Assembly: GCF_026210795.1 (NCBI RefSeq)
Contig: NC_089430.1
Location: forward strand, 2,046,001 to 2,110,000
DNA: 64,000 bases
Direction of reading: 5' to 3'
Origin: Rhizophagus irregularis
Taxonomy: Eukaryota
Part shown: positions 28,103 to 41,290 of the stretch, piece by piece
Layout of the letters: every line of letters starts with the position of its first letter
Numbering within the stretch: the first letter of the stretch is position 1
The notes under the pieces: generated by a model
Told to the model about the DNA's origin: nothing
The model's database searches: none
The model's input: the letters and a program-made list of their open reading frames with translations, nothing else
Program-made: the position numbers and the translations under genes

Positions 28103-30747
28103 ATGGATCCAACCCCAAGATTAAAACGATTAAAATCTAGTCCTATAATAATTTATTTCCTTCCTTTTAATAATAACGAAAATCATTGTAATTATTGTAA
28201 AACAAATTATTCCAAGACAATATTATTTAAACAAAAATATTGTGAGAAATGCTTTTTTAAGTATATTAAGGAAATAACTAAATATGACAAACCTATGATT
28301 AATATAATTAATGAGTATTTGAACGTATATAACGTATATACAAATGCAAACTGCGAGAATATTCGTTCGGATAATATCCAAGAATGGTTTAATGAATTCT
28401 CATATTTTGAACAAGTTGTTACAAATTATTCGTTCCATCCTATTGATATTAAAGAACAAAATAATTATAATATTATAATTGAAAATGAAAGTTATTGTAA
28501 ATTATGTAAGAAATCAATAATTTATCGGCAGAATGATCAAATTAATTTTAAACTATGTAAAAATTGCTATATAATTACTACTGATTTGATTGAATCATCA
28601 TTGACTAAAAAGCCTATCCAAATTATTTATTTACTATGGTGGGATGCTAATAGTCAATGTATGATATGCAAATTGGACTTAATGTTTATATCAGATTGTC
28701 AAAAAATATGCTCTTTTTGTTATCTAATTTATATTGGATGTAGGTATTGTTTGACAACCAATATTATTTTTGGAATTACAAATAAATCTCAATGCAAAAT
28801 ATGTGAAAGAACATCGGAAATTTCCATAAATATTGATTTTGATAATATCAATAGTGAAAATATTGATATTGAGAAATTCCTTATTTCTACAAGATCAAAT
28901 AATAAAAATAATAGTAAAATTGCAGATTATATAAATAATAAAAATTACGATAACCCATTAGATATATACAATTTTATTGAAAATAATCTTAAGAATACAC
29001 AAATAATGAGATGGATTCCATATTCTCAAATTAAAAATCTTGAAAAAATAGCAGAAGGAGGATTTGGTATTGTTTATAAAGCAACGTTGTTAGACGGTAG
29101 TAAATACAAACATGATGATTTTTTAAGTATTAGAAACAAAAATAAGCTTGTTGCCATTAAAAAGTTTCTAAATATACAAGATATAAGCAATGATTTTTTG
29201 AATGAGGCATGTCATATTCTATAATTTATTTTACTTGTCACTTATCAAATTTATCAAATTTATTTTAACATTAATTTTTTTTTTTTTAGTTAAATTCACT
29301 TCATCAGTGTTATAATAATCGTATAATTAAGTACTATGGTATTACAAAAGATCCAAAAACAAAAGAATATATGATTATAATGAATTATGCATCAGGAGGA
29401 GACTTACATAATTATTTACGGAAAAATTTTAATGATATTACGTGGGATAAGAAATTATATATTTTATGGCAAATTACAGAGGGGTACTTATATTTTTTTA
29501 ATATTATTATTTTTCAGGGCCAGAATTACGATAATGCCAGTGTTTTCTAAAAAAGGTAATAAAATTCTACTGGCATTATAAGTTATCCATAATTAATATG
29601 TTATCAATATTTTTTTTAATTTAGACTTAAATCTATTCACGAAAATGATTTTATACACCGAGATTTTCATAGTGGCAATATATTATGTGAAATAGAAACT
29701 ATTGGAAAATGGCAAATTGGTGATTTAGGGTTATCCCAACCTGCAAAAAATACTTCAATTAATAACGAAATTTATGGTGTTATACCTTATATTGCACCAG
29801 AAATATTTAGGGGTTTTGCTTTTTCAAAAGAATCCGATATTTATAGTATGGGTATGATCATGTGGGAACTAACAACAGGGTGTAAACCTTTTGCTTATAT
29901 TGAACATAACATTAACCTTATTTATAAAATTATTGATGGGGAACGACCTAAAATTACATGTGATACACCAGAATGTTATGCTAATTTAATGGAACGTTGC
30001 TGGGATCCTGATCCTTCAAAAAGGCTTTCCATAAAAGAGATTTGCGAAACTATTTATTCTTGGTCATTTAATTCATTTAAGGATGATGTTATTAGTGGTC
30101 AATTTAAGCAAGCCGAGAAAACCAGAGAAGAATTAATAAAATCAAAGAAAATTAGTCCTGAATTTAATGAAAGTTTGCATGCAAAAGCAATTTATACGAG
30201 TAGACCTTTAAGGTCTTTTATTTCTAAATCATCATTCATTAATTCACTATCAAAAAGTACTTATATATTATCATAGTTTACTATATATTTTTCATTTAAT
30301 TAATTAATGCTTTAATACTTTTATTCTATTAGGTGATAAGTTGCAACCATCGATTGGAAGCAATAAAGGTACTTTAATTCAAAAATATTTTTAATGATTA
30401 ATGTTAATTAACATTTTTCATTATTTGTTTATTAGAATATGTTACAAAAGAATACTTGCTTGATATAAATCATATTCAAAGGTACTTGTATGAATTTTTA
30501 TATTACATGAATTTAATTCACAAATTTAAACGCAATATATTATTTAGTAAAACATCGAGTTCACTGAATTCTTCAAGAAAACGTAATATTGAAGAATTAA
30601 CATCCGAAGTTCAGTGTAATGGTAATTATAATTGTATAATTAAGTCCAGTTTATGTGTTTTTTACGTTACTATTCTAATACAAAAAAAAAAAATTAGTAA
30701 AACAGGTTAAAATGGATAATAATTTAAACTCTGAATCTATCAATTAA
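28103..30747 (+). CDS. Cys-rich N-terminal domain + TKL protein kinase, apparently intact
   Basis: First exon of ~368 codons with many CxxC pairs, IAEGGFG and VAIKK. First intron has a GC donor at 29207. Then HRDFHSGN, GDLG, YIAPE and DIYS, and small 3' exons to TAA at 30745-47. Confidence 0.85.
29510..29582 (+). repeat. Fragment of the AGGACC-MITE core inside kinase intron 2
   Basis: TTTTTCAGGGCCAGAATTACGATAATGCCAG..CTAAAAAAGGTAATAAAATT matches the copies at 17379, 26249 and 34090. Confidence 0.65.
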
Positions 30748-31480
30748 TGGGATTTATACAACTAATACAAATTATGCTGACGTCAGCATCTCTAATTTTA
30801 TTAATATGTTTTTATTTATTTAAGATTTTATTTAATTAGGAATTTTATTATTCTATGAATTGTATCATTATGAAATTAAGATTTATTTTTTACGGTACCT
30901 TCCATTTTTCATTTCGGCTTATACCGCGTCAAGGAGTTTTTTTACAAATTAGTAATTTTACTTTTATTATTTAATTAATAAATAGTATGAATCGGATTAA
31001 TTAAATTTATGACGTTTATTAATGTTGCACTTACCTTAATGGTCGTTAAATGAGATAATTGTATCATGGTTCAAATACCGCAATTCCCCTTGAGTAACTT
31101 TCGGTCATTCTTAATTGTCCTACAAATTTTTGGAAAAATATAGAAAATTGGGCGCTGTGCAAGGGATATATATGGGTACATGGGTTGGAGATTAGATTAT
31201 AAATTAATATCGTCATCGGATTACGTGCTAACCATTCTATATTAGGATAAAACTGGATCATACCCAAACAAAAAAAGGTGTTACCCACGGGTATTACCAT
31301 TTTTTACCCGTTTATCACTTATCAGTGGTGACCCGAGTATACCCGGGCTATTACCAATTATTTTTCTCATTAGATATACAAATCAAAATATTTATTGAAT
31401 TCATAAACTTTTGATATTGTTCGTAAAATAAAAGTGTCTCATAGGGGCATTATTCAAGCTTGAGAGATTTACTTTACTTT

Positions 31481-31600
31481 AGGACCAAGAAATATATATA
31501 AATTTGGTATAACTGTGTAGATCTTTCCTTTTAACACTATAATAATTCCAGCCCTGAAAAAAAAAGAAATTATCCCCAGCTTTTGCTGTACGGGTCCCCA
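31481..31600 (-). mobile_element. Truncated AGGACC-TIR family MITE
   Basis: Starts AGGACCAAGAAATATATATA and contains the reverse core ATAATTCCAGCCCTGAAAA. Confidence 0.55.
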
Positions 31601-33296
31601 TATATAATTGGTAAAAAAATGCAAGAAGAAAAAATTAAGTTATTAGCCAATAGTGAATTAAATAAAGGATAAATTTTAATTAATTTGTTTAATTTGTTTG
31701 ATTGATGTACGCAATCAATAAAAAATTTTTTTATGGTTAGAAACTTATAAATCTAGTGATTAATCTACTTAATTATATTCAAATTTCATTATTAAATTTA
31801 TAACGTAAAATCTCGCCTTGGTAATTCGGGCCAAATATGTAATTCCGGCCAGAATTAAACTTCGTGTAACAAAGCAAATCATAAAGTTACACTATTAGTC
31901 ACGTAACTGTTAGTTATAGGATTATGCTGTTAAGATGGGTTCGGTACACATTTTATTGTAAAATTCGTTATAACTTATAACCAATGTAATTAATTATAAG
32001 AAAATCGGATCTGGGAACCTTGTTCAATATAACGAGTTTTCAGTATATACAGGTTCGGTATAACCAGTGGCGACTGTAAATAGTAATTTAATCTCGGATA
32101 TTTCATTATCATTAAATTCGAAATAAAAAAAGAAAATAAAATTACGATTAAACTTTCGTGGTTTTGTTTTTTAATCGATTATACGAATGAATGATGAGTT
32201 TGTTTAATAGTAGCTGATTATCAAAACGAATTGGTATAACTTTTAATTTTTTGTAATGTTCATGACGCTATAAATAATTCACATAAATGTGGTGATTCAT
32301 AGTAAAATCATGATTCAAATTAATTGCAATAAATAGTTTTTACTATATCTCATTATATAAAATATGATATCAATTTTTTTTTCAAAATTTAAAGATACAA
32401 TTCTATATATCACGTTTTATAGTAGAAAATCAAAACATTTTATTTTAATAAAGAATAATGAAAAGTGATTATAACTCATAGAAATTTATCAAACAAATCA
32501 TTTTTATTACTAGTTCAATCATTATTTTTTTTTACAATAGCATCGGATCATGTTTTGAATATATTATTATTTAAGAGTTCTGATTTCATATAAAGTTCAG
32601 TTTTTCCAATAAATTTTTAATGATGAAAAAAGCTTAATTAATTAATGTATTAAATTTATGTCATAAAAAGAATGATTTTTTAAATATAATGAAAGTTATT
32701 ATTACTAATATAAAATTTATTACACTTGTGTATTATTTACTAGTTGAGGAAGCTTATTGTAAAATATGATCTGGACAAATCGCTAATAAATGGTGCGCAA
32801 TCCTTGGGAGGCTGTTCGGTCGAGGGTCAGTATCAATCAAATTCCACCAGTTTAAAGGATCATCTAGAGAGCAAGACTCGTCGAGATCGAAGGGTCACTA
32901 CAGCATCGTGACCAATTTTTCTGTCAATGCGATCTTAAACATTAATTTTATTTTGAACATTAAGACGTGTTGGAATTCTACTTATCTATTAATGTTACTA
33001 TGCATCTTTGAACTTTGGGAAGTAAGTAATATTACAATTAACCATATTTAAATAATTTTCAAAGTAAGTAAAATTCAGCCTGGGGAACAACTTTTACTAA
33101 TACCATGGGTTGATTAATAAAAAAAAAGTTTATATAGAAGTACATTTGTACAATAATTGTACTGGGCACTGTCCATACACATAGATATATATGTTAAAAA
33201 ATCCAACATTAAATCTATTTTATGTTATGCCTTATATACAGTCTCTATTTTCATATTATTAAAATGTAGGCGAAATCAAAAATTCGAAGTTAAAAC

Positions 33297-33529
33297 AGGA
33301 CCCAAATATATATATAAGGGTCAGGTTTGAGTTCGCGTATTTTGAACTAAAAAAAATCATGAAAATCTTTACTTTTTTAGATAATTTTTGATAATTCCGG
33401 TCAGAATTTTATTTCCTAATATAGTAACAGACTGACATTATCATAAATTCCGGCCCTGAAAAATGCGTACAGCTCATAGTAAAAAAATTTTTTCATCACC
33501 TGACCCCTATATATATATTTCTGGGTCCT
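33297..33529 (-). mobile_element. Complete AGGACC-TIR MITE with 8-bp TSD GTTAAAAC
   Basis: TIRs AGGACCCAAATATATATATAAGGGTCAGG / CCTGACCCCTATATATATATTTCTGGGTCCT. GTTAAAAC at 33289-96 and 33530-37. Confidence 0.9.
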
Positions 33530-34059
33530 GTTAAAACTTCATCTTTCAGTGATAAAATCTGAAACTTTTTTTTTTTTGAAGGGTCGATACCGAAAGAGTC
33601 TGCATTTTAAAATACTTCAAACCTAACCCTCTGTCTTATTATTTATTATAATTAGAATGAAACTATAAATATTGGCTTTTGTCCTTGTAAAATTTCAGGA
33701 CAAGATAAAACATTGCGTACCTTAATTATGATGTGATTATAATCCACAGGTTACATAATCTCATGTCAGTTACTGCATCCTGAAAAATGCTAATATTAAG
33801 CAGACATATTAATTTCCTATTTAATAAACGTTACTTATAGTATCTTGCGTAATACAATTTTGTCCTTCTTGTTTGGTCAATATAACTGATACGAGTAATT
33901 TTTTTTACGACATATTGTAAATATTGTAAGTTAGTGAACTGTGGCAAACAGTAATTTAATTACATTAATTTGATTAGTTTATTTGTTCTTTGATATGTAA
34001 ATATTTACATTTGCTGTTACGGAAAAGTCCATTGCCATGTTAAATAAAAAATAGGTAAG

Positions 34060-34202
34060 GTATAGCAGAAAAAACGCATTTTTTGGGGGCTAGAATTTGA
34101 TAACGTCAGCCAGTATCTAAAAAAGGTAATAAAATTTCTGTAGGAATTATAACAAAAGGAAAAAACTGCATTATTATTTTAATCACATATATTTCTGGTC
34201 CT
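34060..34202 (+). mobile_element. Degenerate AGGACC-TIR family MITE
   Basis: Core-like GGGCTAGAATTTGATAACGTCAGCCAGTATCTAAAAAAGG, ending ATATATTTCTGGTCCT. Confidence 0.55.
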
Positions 34203-34774
34203 TATTACAAGAATCTCGGTATCATTTTCCAATATTTGAAAAAACAACAATAATGAACTCGTATAGTGATTGGAACAACTTTGCATGGTAATTTTGTAAT
34301 ATAATCAAGTTTAAACAGCTACATGGCAAATGAGTAGGAAGATGCTACTATTTTTATAATTTTTTTTTTTTAAAATAAATATTCCACAAATATATTGAAT
34401 TTTCCTTGACATTACATGACCAGGATTCCATAAACATGGAGAATTTCTCAAATTTTCAGAGGATCTTAAATGTCACGATCAGAATTATACTGTTAAATGT
34501 GGTTTTATTTGCATAGAAAATCAATTACATGATTCAATAATATATAGGCGTTTCTATACTATTTCCTACAGACCACACCAGTGTTTCGTTCATCTAAAGT
34601 ATTTATACTAACGCAATATTACAACATTAACTCTAATTTGATTTCATTTGTTATTTTTATCAATAATGCCTGTTTTCCAATATCGATATTCTGGTGAATA
34701 AAATGGTCATCAGATACATAAAACATGCAGAGTCAGACAATATTTATTGGTAACACATTTTGCGATGATATAAA

Positions 34775-34907
34775 CCCCATAAAAAATTTTTATCCATTAT
34801 TTCTCCGTATCTTCTGTAAAAATTCTGTGAAAATGATACATTCATGGATATCTGATTAGCGAGATGAAAATTTCCAAGACAAAACACGGATCAGATTTTT
34901 TACAGGG
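34775..34907 (-). mobile_element. CCCT(A/G)TAAAAAA MITE, 3-bp TSD AAA
   Basis: Reverse-complement, internally deleted copy of 44423-44621, with AAA on both flanks. Confidence 0.8.
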
Positions 34908-35165
34908 AAAGTGACATAATTTTTCTATGTATTAGCCTGGACGGAATTATAATGACGTCAGCCAGTAATTAAAAGGTAATTGCTGTAAATTTTATTAATT
35001 ATATAACATTATAACAAAAAAAAATATTGTAAATTTATTCAAATATTAATTAAATATTCCAATACAAACATGACGTATAAATTACAACAACCTCTAAATT
35101 CTATAACTTTGATAAGATATTTTAACGGTAACAAATAATTTAATTGATTAAATTATTTCAATAAT

Positions 35166-37273
35166 CTAAGAACCATCTAATTCATTTAATACATTTAATT
35201 CAAATTTGGTATAATAATTTTGCCCATTTACTTGATTAAATACTCTAGCTTTAATTTCCATATCACTAAATGATAAAGAAAATGAGCATGGTTTTTTATT
35301 TTCTATTTCTACATCGGGAAGATCAGTAAGTAATTTTCCAAGTAATTTCATGCCAGGTTCATCATCATCACAATAAATAGTATCTTCTTTTGTATAATAA
35401 ATATCAAAACTCATTCTTGTTTGATCTGAATAAATAGGAATTAAGTTTTCAACTTTAAATTCTTGATCAATTGTAACTGTAGATTTACGTTTTGCAATAC
35501 AATAAAATTTATGAATTCTTCCATCACTTTTACGTCTATCTATTGGATCTCCATATTCCCATAAAGGAGATATTCTAATTCCAAATGTATATTTTAATAC
35601 ACGAGTTGCAATAACACATTTTAAATTATTCATATTTTTCATATTCTTTGATTCTTGTAAACTTTTTCCATATATTGCTGCACCACGTAAAACTGCCGCA
35701 ATAGGTTGGTTCGGAATTGAGACATTTTCTACCAAGTCACTAAATTCTTCTTTAACTCTTTTTTGTAAATATTTTGATTGACTGAAACTTCCAACTAAAA
35801 ATATTGCTGAACATTTCTGAGAATTAATTAATTGAACATGAATCATTTTAATAATTCTATCAATAATAGGATCAAACAAAGATTTAACAGTTTTATAATT
35901 AAGATCAAGCATCCATTCTTTTATAAGCATTGAATCTCTCTCCGAACCAGTAATATATGGTAATAATTTAGGAGCTAATACTTCAAGATCTAACTCATAT
36001 TTACAATCTAGATTATCTCCTGTGAAATTTAACTTGACATCTTGACAAAAATTTTGAACCAAATAATGCAATTGACCATAATGCTCATTGATAAATGAAT
36101 TTATGGCTGAATTTCCAACTTCACGCTTTAGTAATTCTATAAATTCTTTATCAATAAAAGTACTTCCACAAAAGTCACCTGCCCGTACAGTGATTTCACC
36201 TAATTGGTATTCTTTCAATAATTTACGTGTTGTTAAATCTACCGTACCACCACCACAGTCAACAACCATGAAGTTTGCTTTATTAGTAAAGAATGAAATA
36301 ATATTTAGTATTTTAATATAAATTGTTTGATAAATACTTTAAACATACTTCCGGGTTTTGCAAGTTCATGTCTTTTTAGGTTGCTATGCATACAATAAAT
36401 TGCTGCAGCTTCAGCTATATTTATTTTAAAGAATAATTCTGTTAATATTTCATCATTAAAAACATAATAAAAATTAAACTTACGTTCAGTTACAAATTGT
36501 AATTTTTCTGAATGTATGTCACTTATCAAACCAGCATTGAATATACATTCTCTCATTATAGCCTTATCACTTTTTGAATATTCAGCTGGTACAGTAACAA
36601 TTAGAAGGACATTTTCCATAAACTTCACATGTATCCAGTACGATTCAACAGTTTTTTTGATTAGCTTTATTAATTAAAACGAATAAAATTAGTGATTATA
36701 GTATATTATATTATATTTAAATTAATTAAAATTTGTTTACCTTTCCAATTTCATGAAGATAATCAGTAATCACTTTTTTATAATTTAATGGTTCGGGCAA
36801 AACTGGCTTATACTTATCTAAACAATTACCTAAATATAATTTAAATAATTCTATTGGTCTTGTTTCATTATCTTTGCCTTTCTTATTTGGTTTTTTAAAT
36901 AAGGCTGGACGACCCCATAATTCAACTTCCTCAAAGCCATCTTTGTATTGAAGTACAGTATTTGTCCTCGATGCCCCCAGTTCATCACCAGGCCATTCAT
37001 GATTTACTTTGATACATCCGACATCTTTTTCCTCGCAATGATAATAAGAAAATCCCTATCAAAAATATATAAATATTTAATTTTATAGCCACATCTAATC
37101 TAATATAACATAATGAAACTACATTTACCGAATAAGTGGTTCCGAAATCTATTGTTTTAATATGTAAAATAATTAATTTAATACTAAAAAAAAAAAATTC
37201 AAATCAATATGTTTTAATTGCTATAACTATATATACCTAAACCAACCACAACACGAATATTGCTCCACGCCAT
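35166..37273 (-). CDS. HSPA12-like atypical Hsp70 (actin-like ATPase)
   Basis: Six exons, including a 20-nt micro-exon at 37148-37129. Motifs VVVGLDFGTTYSG, TVPAEY, TEPEAAAIYC, VVDCGGGTVDL, CGSTFID and LVGSFSQS. Confidence 0.9.
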
Positions 37274-37844
37274 AATTTTTTTTATAATTTGATATGTAAA
37301 GTAATTACTAGAGAGGTCGAAATTAATAAAATATGTTATTAATCATACAGTATTTATAAAAAAAAAAAAATTAATAATATTTATTATTTAATTAGGTTAC
37401 TTGAAAAATTCTTCATCTGTAAATCTTTTTAAAATATGAAAAATACAAGTAAAAAGTTTTTTCTTTCATACATTTTATTTTTTGATTTTAATAATTTCTT
37501 TATATGGTTACATAAAATTTAAAAAAGGAAAATTTTTACACCATGGATTTATATTTTTATTAATTAAGTACATTCATTTAAACTTTTTTAATTTCATTCA
37601 TAAATGTTTCTGGTAAGGAGCACCAGAAAAATTATTTTTTCCAAAATGGACCATCATGCAATATGACGTCCACATATTTTTAGCAGATAAGATTCGTTGC
37701 ATATTTGGATGCAAAACTTAGGGGAGTTTCCAGAAATTACATCATTTAGGGTTTAAGGTTTTGAGACCTCCCCTCCCCTGTCATTATCTATTTTAGGAAA
37801 TCTAAAATTATTATGTAATTTGGTCGGAATTAAATACTAAAAAT

Positions 37845-38293
37845 TATGGCATGCCAGGCTGGACAGATGTTTAACGTAAAAGCTAAATCATTTGACATTA
37901 ACACCATATCATTTGACTTTGGAATACAAAGCATTTGGCGTTAAATATAAACCATTTGTTATTAATTCCAAAGCATTTGTCATTAATTCCCAAAGCATTT
38001 GCCATTGATTCCAAAGTATTTGCAAATCTATAAACAAATTTCCTATAAAGGAAATAGGATTTCACGAGACTTTTAAAAAGAAAATTATTACTTAAATTGC
38101 ACCATTTGAATTTTAACCAAATATGGAAAATTATTTTCATATCGCCAAACTGTTTGACAGTATTGGCAAAGAATTTAACTATAAAATCAAACAGTTTGTC
38201 GGTACAGCAAATCATTTGAATTTCGCAGTTAACCTTAAACGTCAAATGATTTAGCTTTTACGTTTAAACATCTGTCCAGTCCGGCGTGCCATA
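37845..38293. mobile_element. MITE with ~50-bp TIRs (TATGGC...), apparent 6-bp TSD AAAAAT
   Basis: TATGGCATGCCAGGCTGGACAGATGTTTAACGTAAAAGCTAAATCATTTGAC is mirrored at the right end. Internal CAAAGCATTTG repeats. AAAAAT at 37839-44 and 38294-99. Confidence 0.85.
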
Positions 38294-39103
38294 AAAAATA
38301 GCCTCCCCTCAGGAAATTGCGTAATTTTTTGGCACTCCCCTTATTATACTGTAGTCCATATATCATATCCACAATTGGAATGTAGTCTTGGTAAAAAGTA
38401 AAAACGTTATTCTGCTGACATTAAGATTTTAGTACAACTTTAGTTAAAATGATAGTTTATGATTTATTTGTAACTTTTTTCTATTTTGTATAAATATCAA
38501 AGATACGAATATGTTCACAAATATGGAATACGTGAATTGATTAATTGCATTTTTCTTGTATACTTGATGGAATACAAGATCATAGAAATGTAATGTGAAA
38601 TAATCACAAAAATTGAATTTTTTTTAAGAAAAAAGGTCCTGCAAGTTTTTATTTTGATAAATTATTCGCATATAGTAAATAGTACATATAATATTCATAT
38701 AACATATTATTAAACATAAAAACTTCACCATTAGTCATACCACAAGCAATTAAATATTTGGCTCTGCAATGAAAGATTTTGGGTTCTGAACTTCATATCA
38801 TGGTCCAGCATAACCTGATAAACTGCACCACAATTCCACAACTCTACAAAAATTAGAGACAAAACCAGTTTTAAATAAAATTAAAGTAGGGCTCAAATAT
38901 GAAAAAATTTAATTTTAGGTAATTTATTTAAAGTTATATCAAATTAAATAATATTATTATATATATATTAATATTTTAATTTTGTTATAGCGGTTGATGG
39001 ATGGTGTGATCCTTTAGGAAGATCCATTTATGCATTTATAATAATTACCCCAAGTAAAAGGCAATATATTCATACTTTGAAAAATACATCAATATATTCT
39101 CAT

Positions 39104-39501
39104 TAGGGATGGCAATGGTCACGGTCATTAACCAGTTATGGCCGGTCATAGTTGTAACCAATATTGGTCAGTCAAAGACCTCTGACCGACTGTTTGACCG
39201 ACCATTTGACTGACCATTTAACTGATCCTAAAAATGTTTGCAAAACGTAATTTAATAAAAAAAATGTTTTGCAAACATTTTTTTAATTATTTTAATAGAA
39301 AACGTTGCGAAAATGTTTTTTATTAAGTATTTCAATTAAATTACATTTCGCAAACATTTTCAGGATCGGTTAACCGGTCAGTCAAATGGTCAGTTAACTG
39401 GTCGGTCAGACCGGTCAGTCAACAATCAGTCAGTTGGTCAAAGGTTCTTGACCGGCTATGACCGATCGATGACTGACCATGACCAACCATTGCCATCCCT
39501 A
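39104..39501. mobile_element. hAT MITE, TAGGGATGGCAATGG TIR, 8-bp TSD ATTCTCAT
   Basis: TIRs visible at both ends, TSD at 39096-103 and 39502-09, TGACC/GGTCA subterminal repeats. Confidence 0.95.
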
Positions 39502-39915
39502 ATTCTCATACCCTATGAAAATACAATTTCCATAAAATGTATGTAAAAAAATGTTATTTGACCATATATTATTCGAAAAATCATTATTTGTTTATAATTT
39601 AAACATAATTTTATTTGATATAATATTAAATATTCGTAAGTTGTATTGTAAACATAAACAAGCATTAACTTAACGTACAAATAATGTTCAAATAACATGT
39701 TTAAACATGCAATCATTACATAATAAGGTCAATTTCGTATAGTAAATTCCTATTGTAAAATTTATGACTTTTATTATTTCCTTTTATATTGTCATTTTTT
39801 GACAGGTTTGCTTGAATTATTATCTTTTCCAACATTTGTCTTTTTACAAGATGATCTACGAAATACAAAAATTTTGGTCATGTGACTTTGGCTTCGAAGT
39901 ATAGCCGGCAATCTT

Positions 39916-40124
39916 CCCCAGTATCACTGACACTTTTTCCATCCCACGTGATTTTGTAATATTCATCACCGGCATTACACCCCACCGCGTTTTCACTGTT
40001 TATATTTATCTGAGGGACTTAGTTTTTTTTTTGCCTCACAAAATTATTTTTTTCACATCCCTTTAAATTTTCACCGGTCACGTGGGGTGGAATTTTAATT
40101 ATAAAAGTGTCAGTGATACTGGGG
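39916..40124. mobile_element. MITE with perfect 22-bp TIR CCCCAGTATCACTGACACTTTT
   Basis: Perfect inverted termini and inverted CACGTG sites inside. TSD unclear; TATAGCCG(G/A)CAAT occurs near both flanks. Confidence 0.85.
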
Positions 40125-40329
40125 TAAATATAGCCGACAATGATTATCACGTATATATGTGATAATCTTTTTTAAACTTTTTTTTATTTAATTGATACGG
40201 GTTTTAGATAAAGTTTCATTTCGCTTCGAAACTTTAAAAAAATGTTTTTAAAGCTTTCGCTTTGAAACTTCTATATTAAAAAAGAAATATTTTTTATTTT
40301 TTATTTTTTTTTCCTTTTATTTGTTTCAG

Positions 40330-41290
40330 CTTCAGTTCTTGGTGTTAGATAGGTGAGTTTCGAATAACACTTAATTGGAAACTTTGTAATTTTTTTTAAA
40401 AAAAATAATTTTAGTTTTTTTTCTATTTCGTAAGTCGTAAGTTTCGGCTTTGGTTCTTAGACTTTGGATAGGTGAGTTTCGAAGATTTTGCTCAAAACTT
40501 TTTTATTAAAAAAAAATTTATTTTTTTTTCTTTTTTTATTTTGTAGGTTTTAGCGGTTCTTGAGTGTTGGATAGGTGAGTTTCATTTCGAATAACACTTC
40601 GAAACATTTTTTTTTTTAAAAAAAATAATTTAATTAATTAATTTTTTTTTCTATTTTGTAGGTTTCATCTCTGATTCTTGGACATTGGATAGGTGAGTTT
40701 CGTTTTGAATAACACTCAAAACTATTTTTTTTAAAAAAAATAATTTAATTAATCTTTTTTTCTATTTTTGTAGGTTTGGCTCAAGTTTTTGGTGTTAGAT
40801 AGGTGAGTTTCGAATGATTTTTTTTTATTTTGTAGGTTTTCGCTTCGGTTCTTGGGTATTGGATAGGTGAATTTCATTTCGAACAACACTTTGAAACTTT
40901 ATTTTTTTTTTAAAAAAAAAATAATTTAATTTATCAATTTTTTTCTATTTTGTAGGTTTTAGCTCTGGTTCTTGGGCATTGGATAGGTGAGTTTCGTTTC
41001 AAATAAACCCTTCGAAACTATTTTTTTTAAAAAAAATAATTTAATTAATTAATCTTTTTTTCTATTTTGTAGGTTTTGGCTCCAGTTCTTGGTGTTAGAT
41101 AGGTGAGTTTCGAATAACACTTTGAAACTTTATTATTTTTAAAAAAAAAATTTAATAAATTTTTTTTTTCTATTTTGTAGATTTTGCTTCAGTTCTTGGG
41201 TGTTGGATAGGTAAGTTTCATTTTGAACAACACTTCGAAACTATTTTATTTTAAAAAAATTTAATTTATTAATTTTTTTATGGACAGGTT
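40330..41290 (+). repeat. Tandem array of nine ~30-nt micro-exon/intron-like units
   Basis: Unit: poly-T..TGTAG | GTTT..GTTCTTGG..GATAG | GTGAGTTTC. Donors at 40353, 40472, 40575, 40693, 40803, 40867, 40987, 41103 and 41211. Confidence 0.9.

Noticed and set aside
31095..31360. GGGTA/TACCC-rich patch resembling hAT subterminal repeats
   Set aside because: No convincing TIR pair or TSD.
31895..32078. Possible pogo-like MITE ending CGACTGTA
   Set aside because: Only one end is recognisable.
32743..33110. GC-richer exon-like fragment
   Set aside because: Short, interrupted by stops and without an identifiable domain.
40330..41290. CRISPR-like repeat-spacer appearance
   Set aside because: The spacers are similar to each other and intron-like, the repeats vary, there are no cas genes and the context is eukaryotic.
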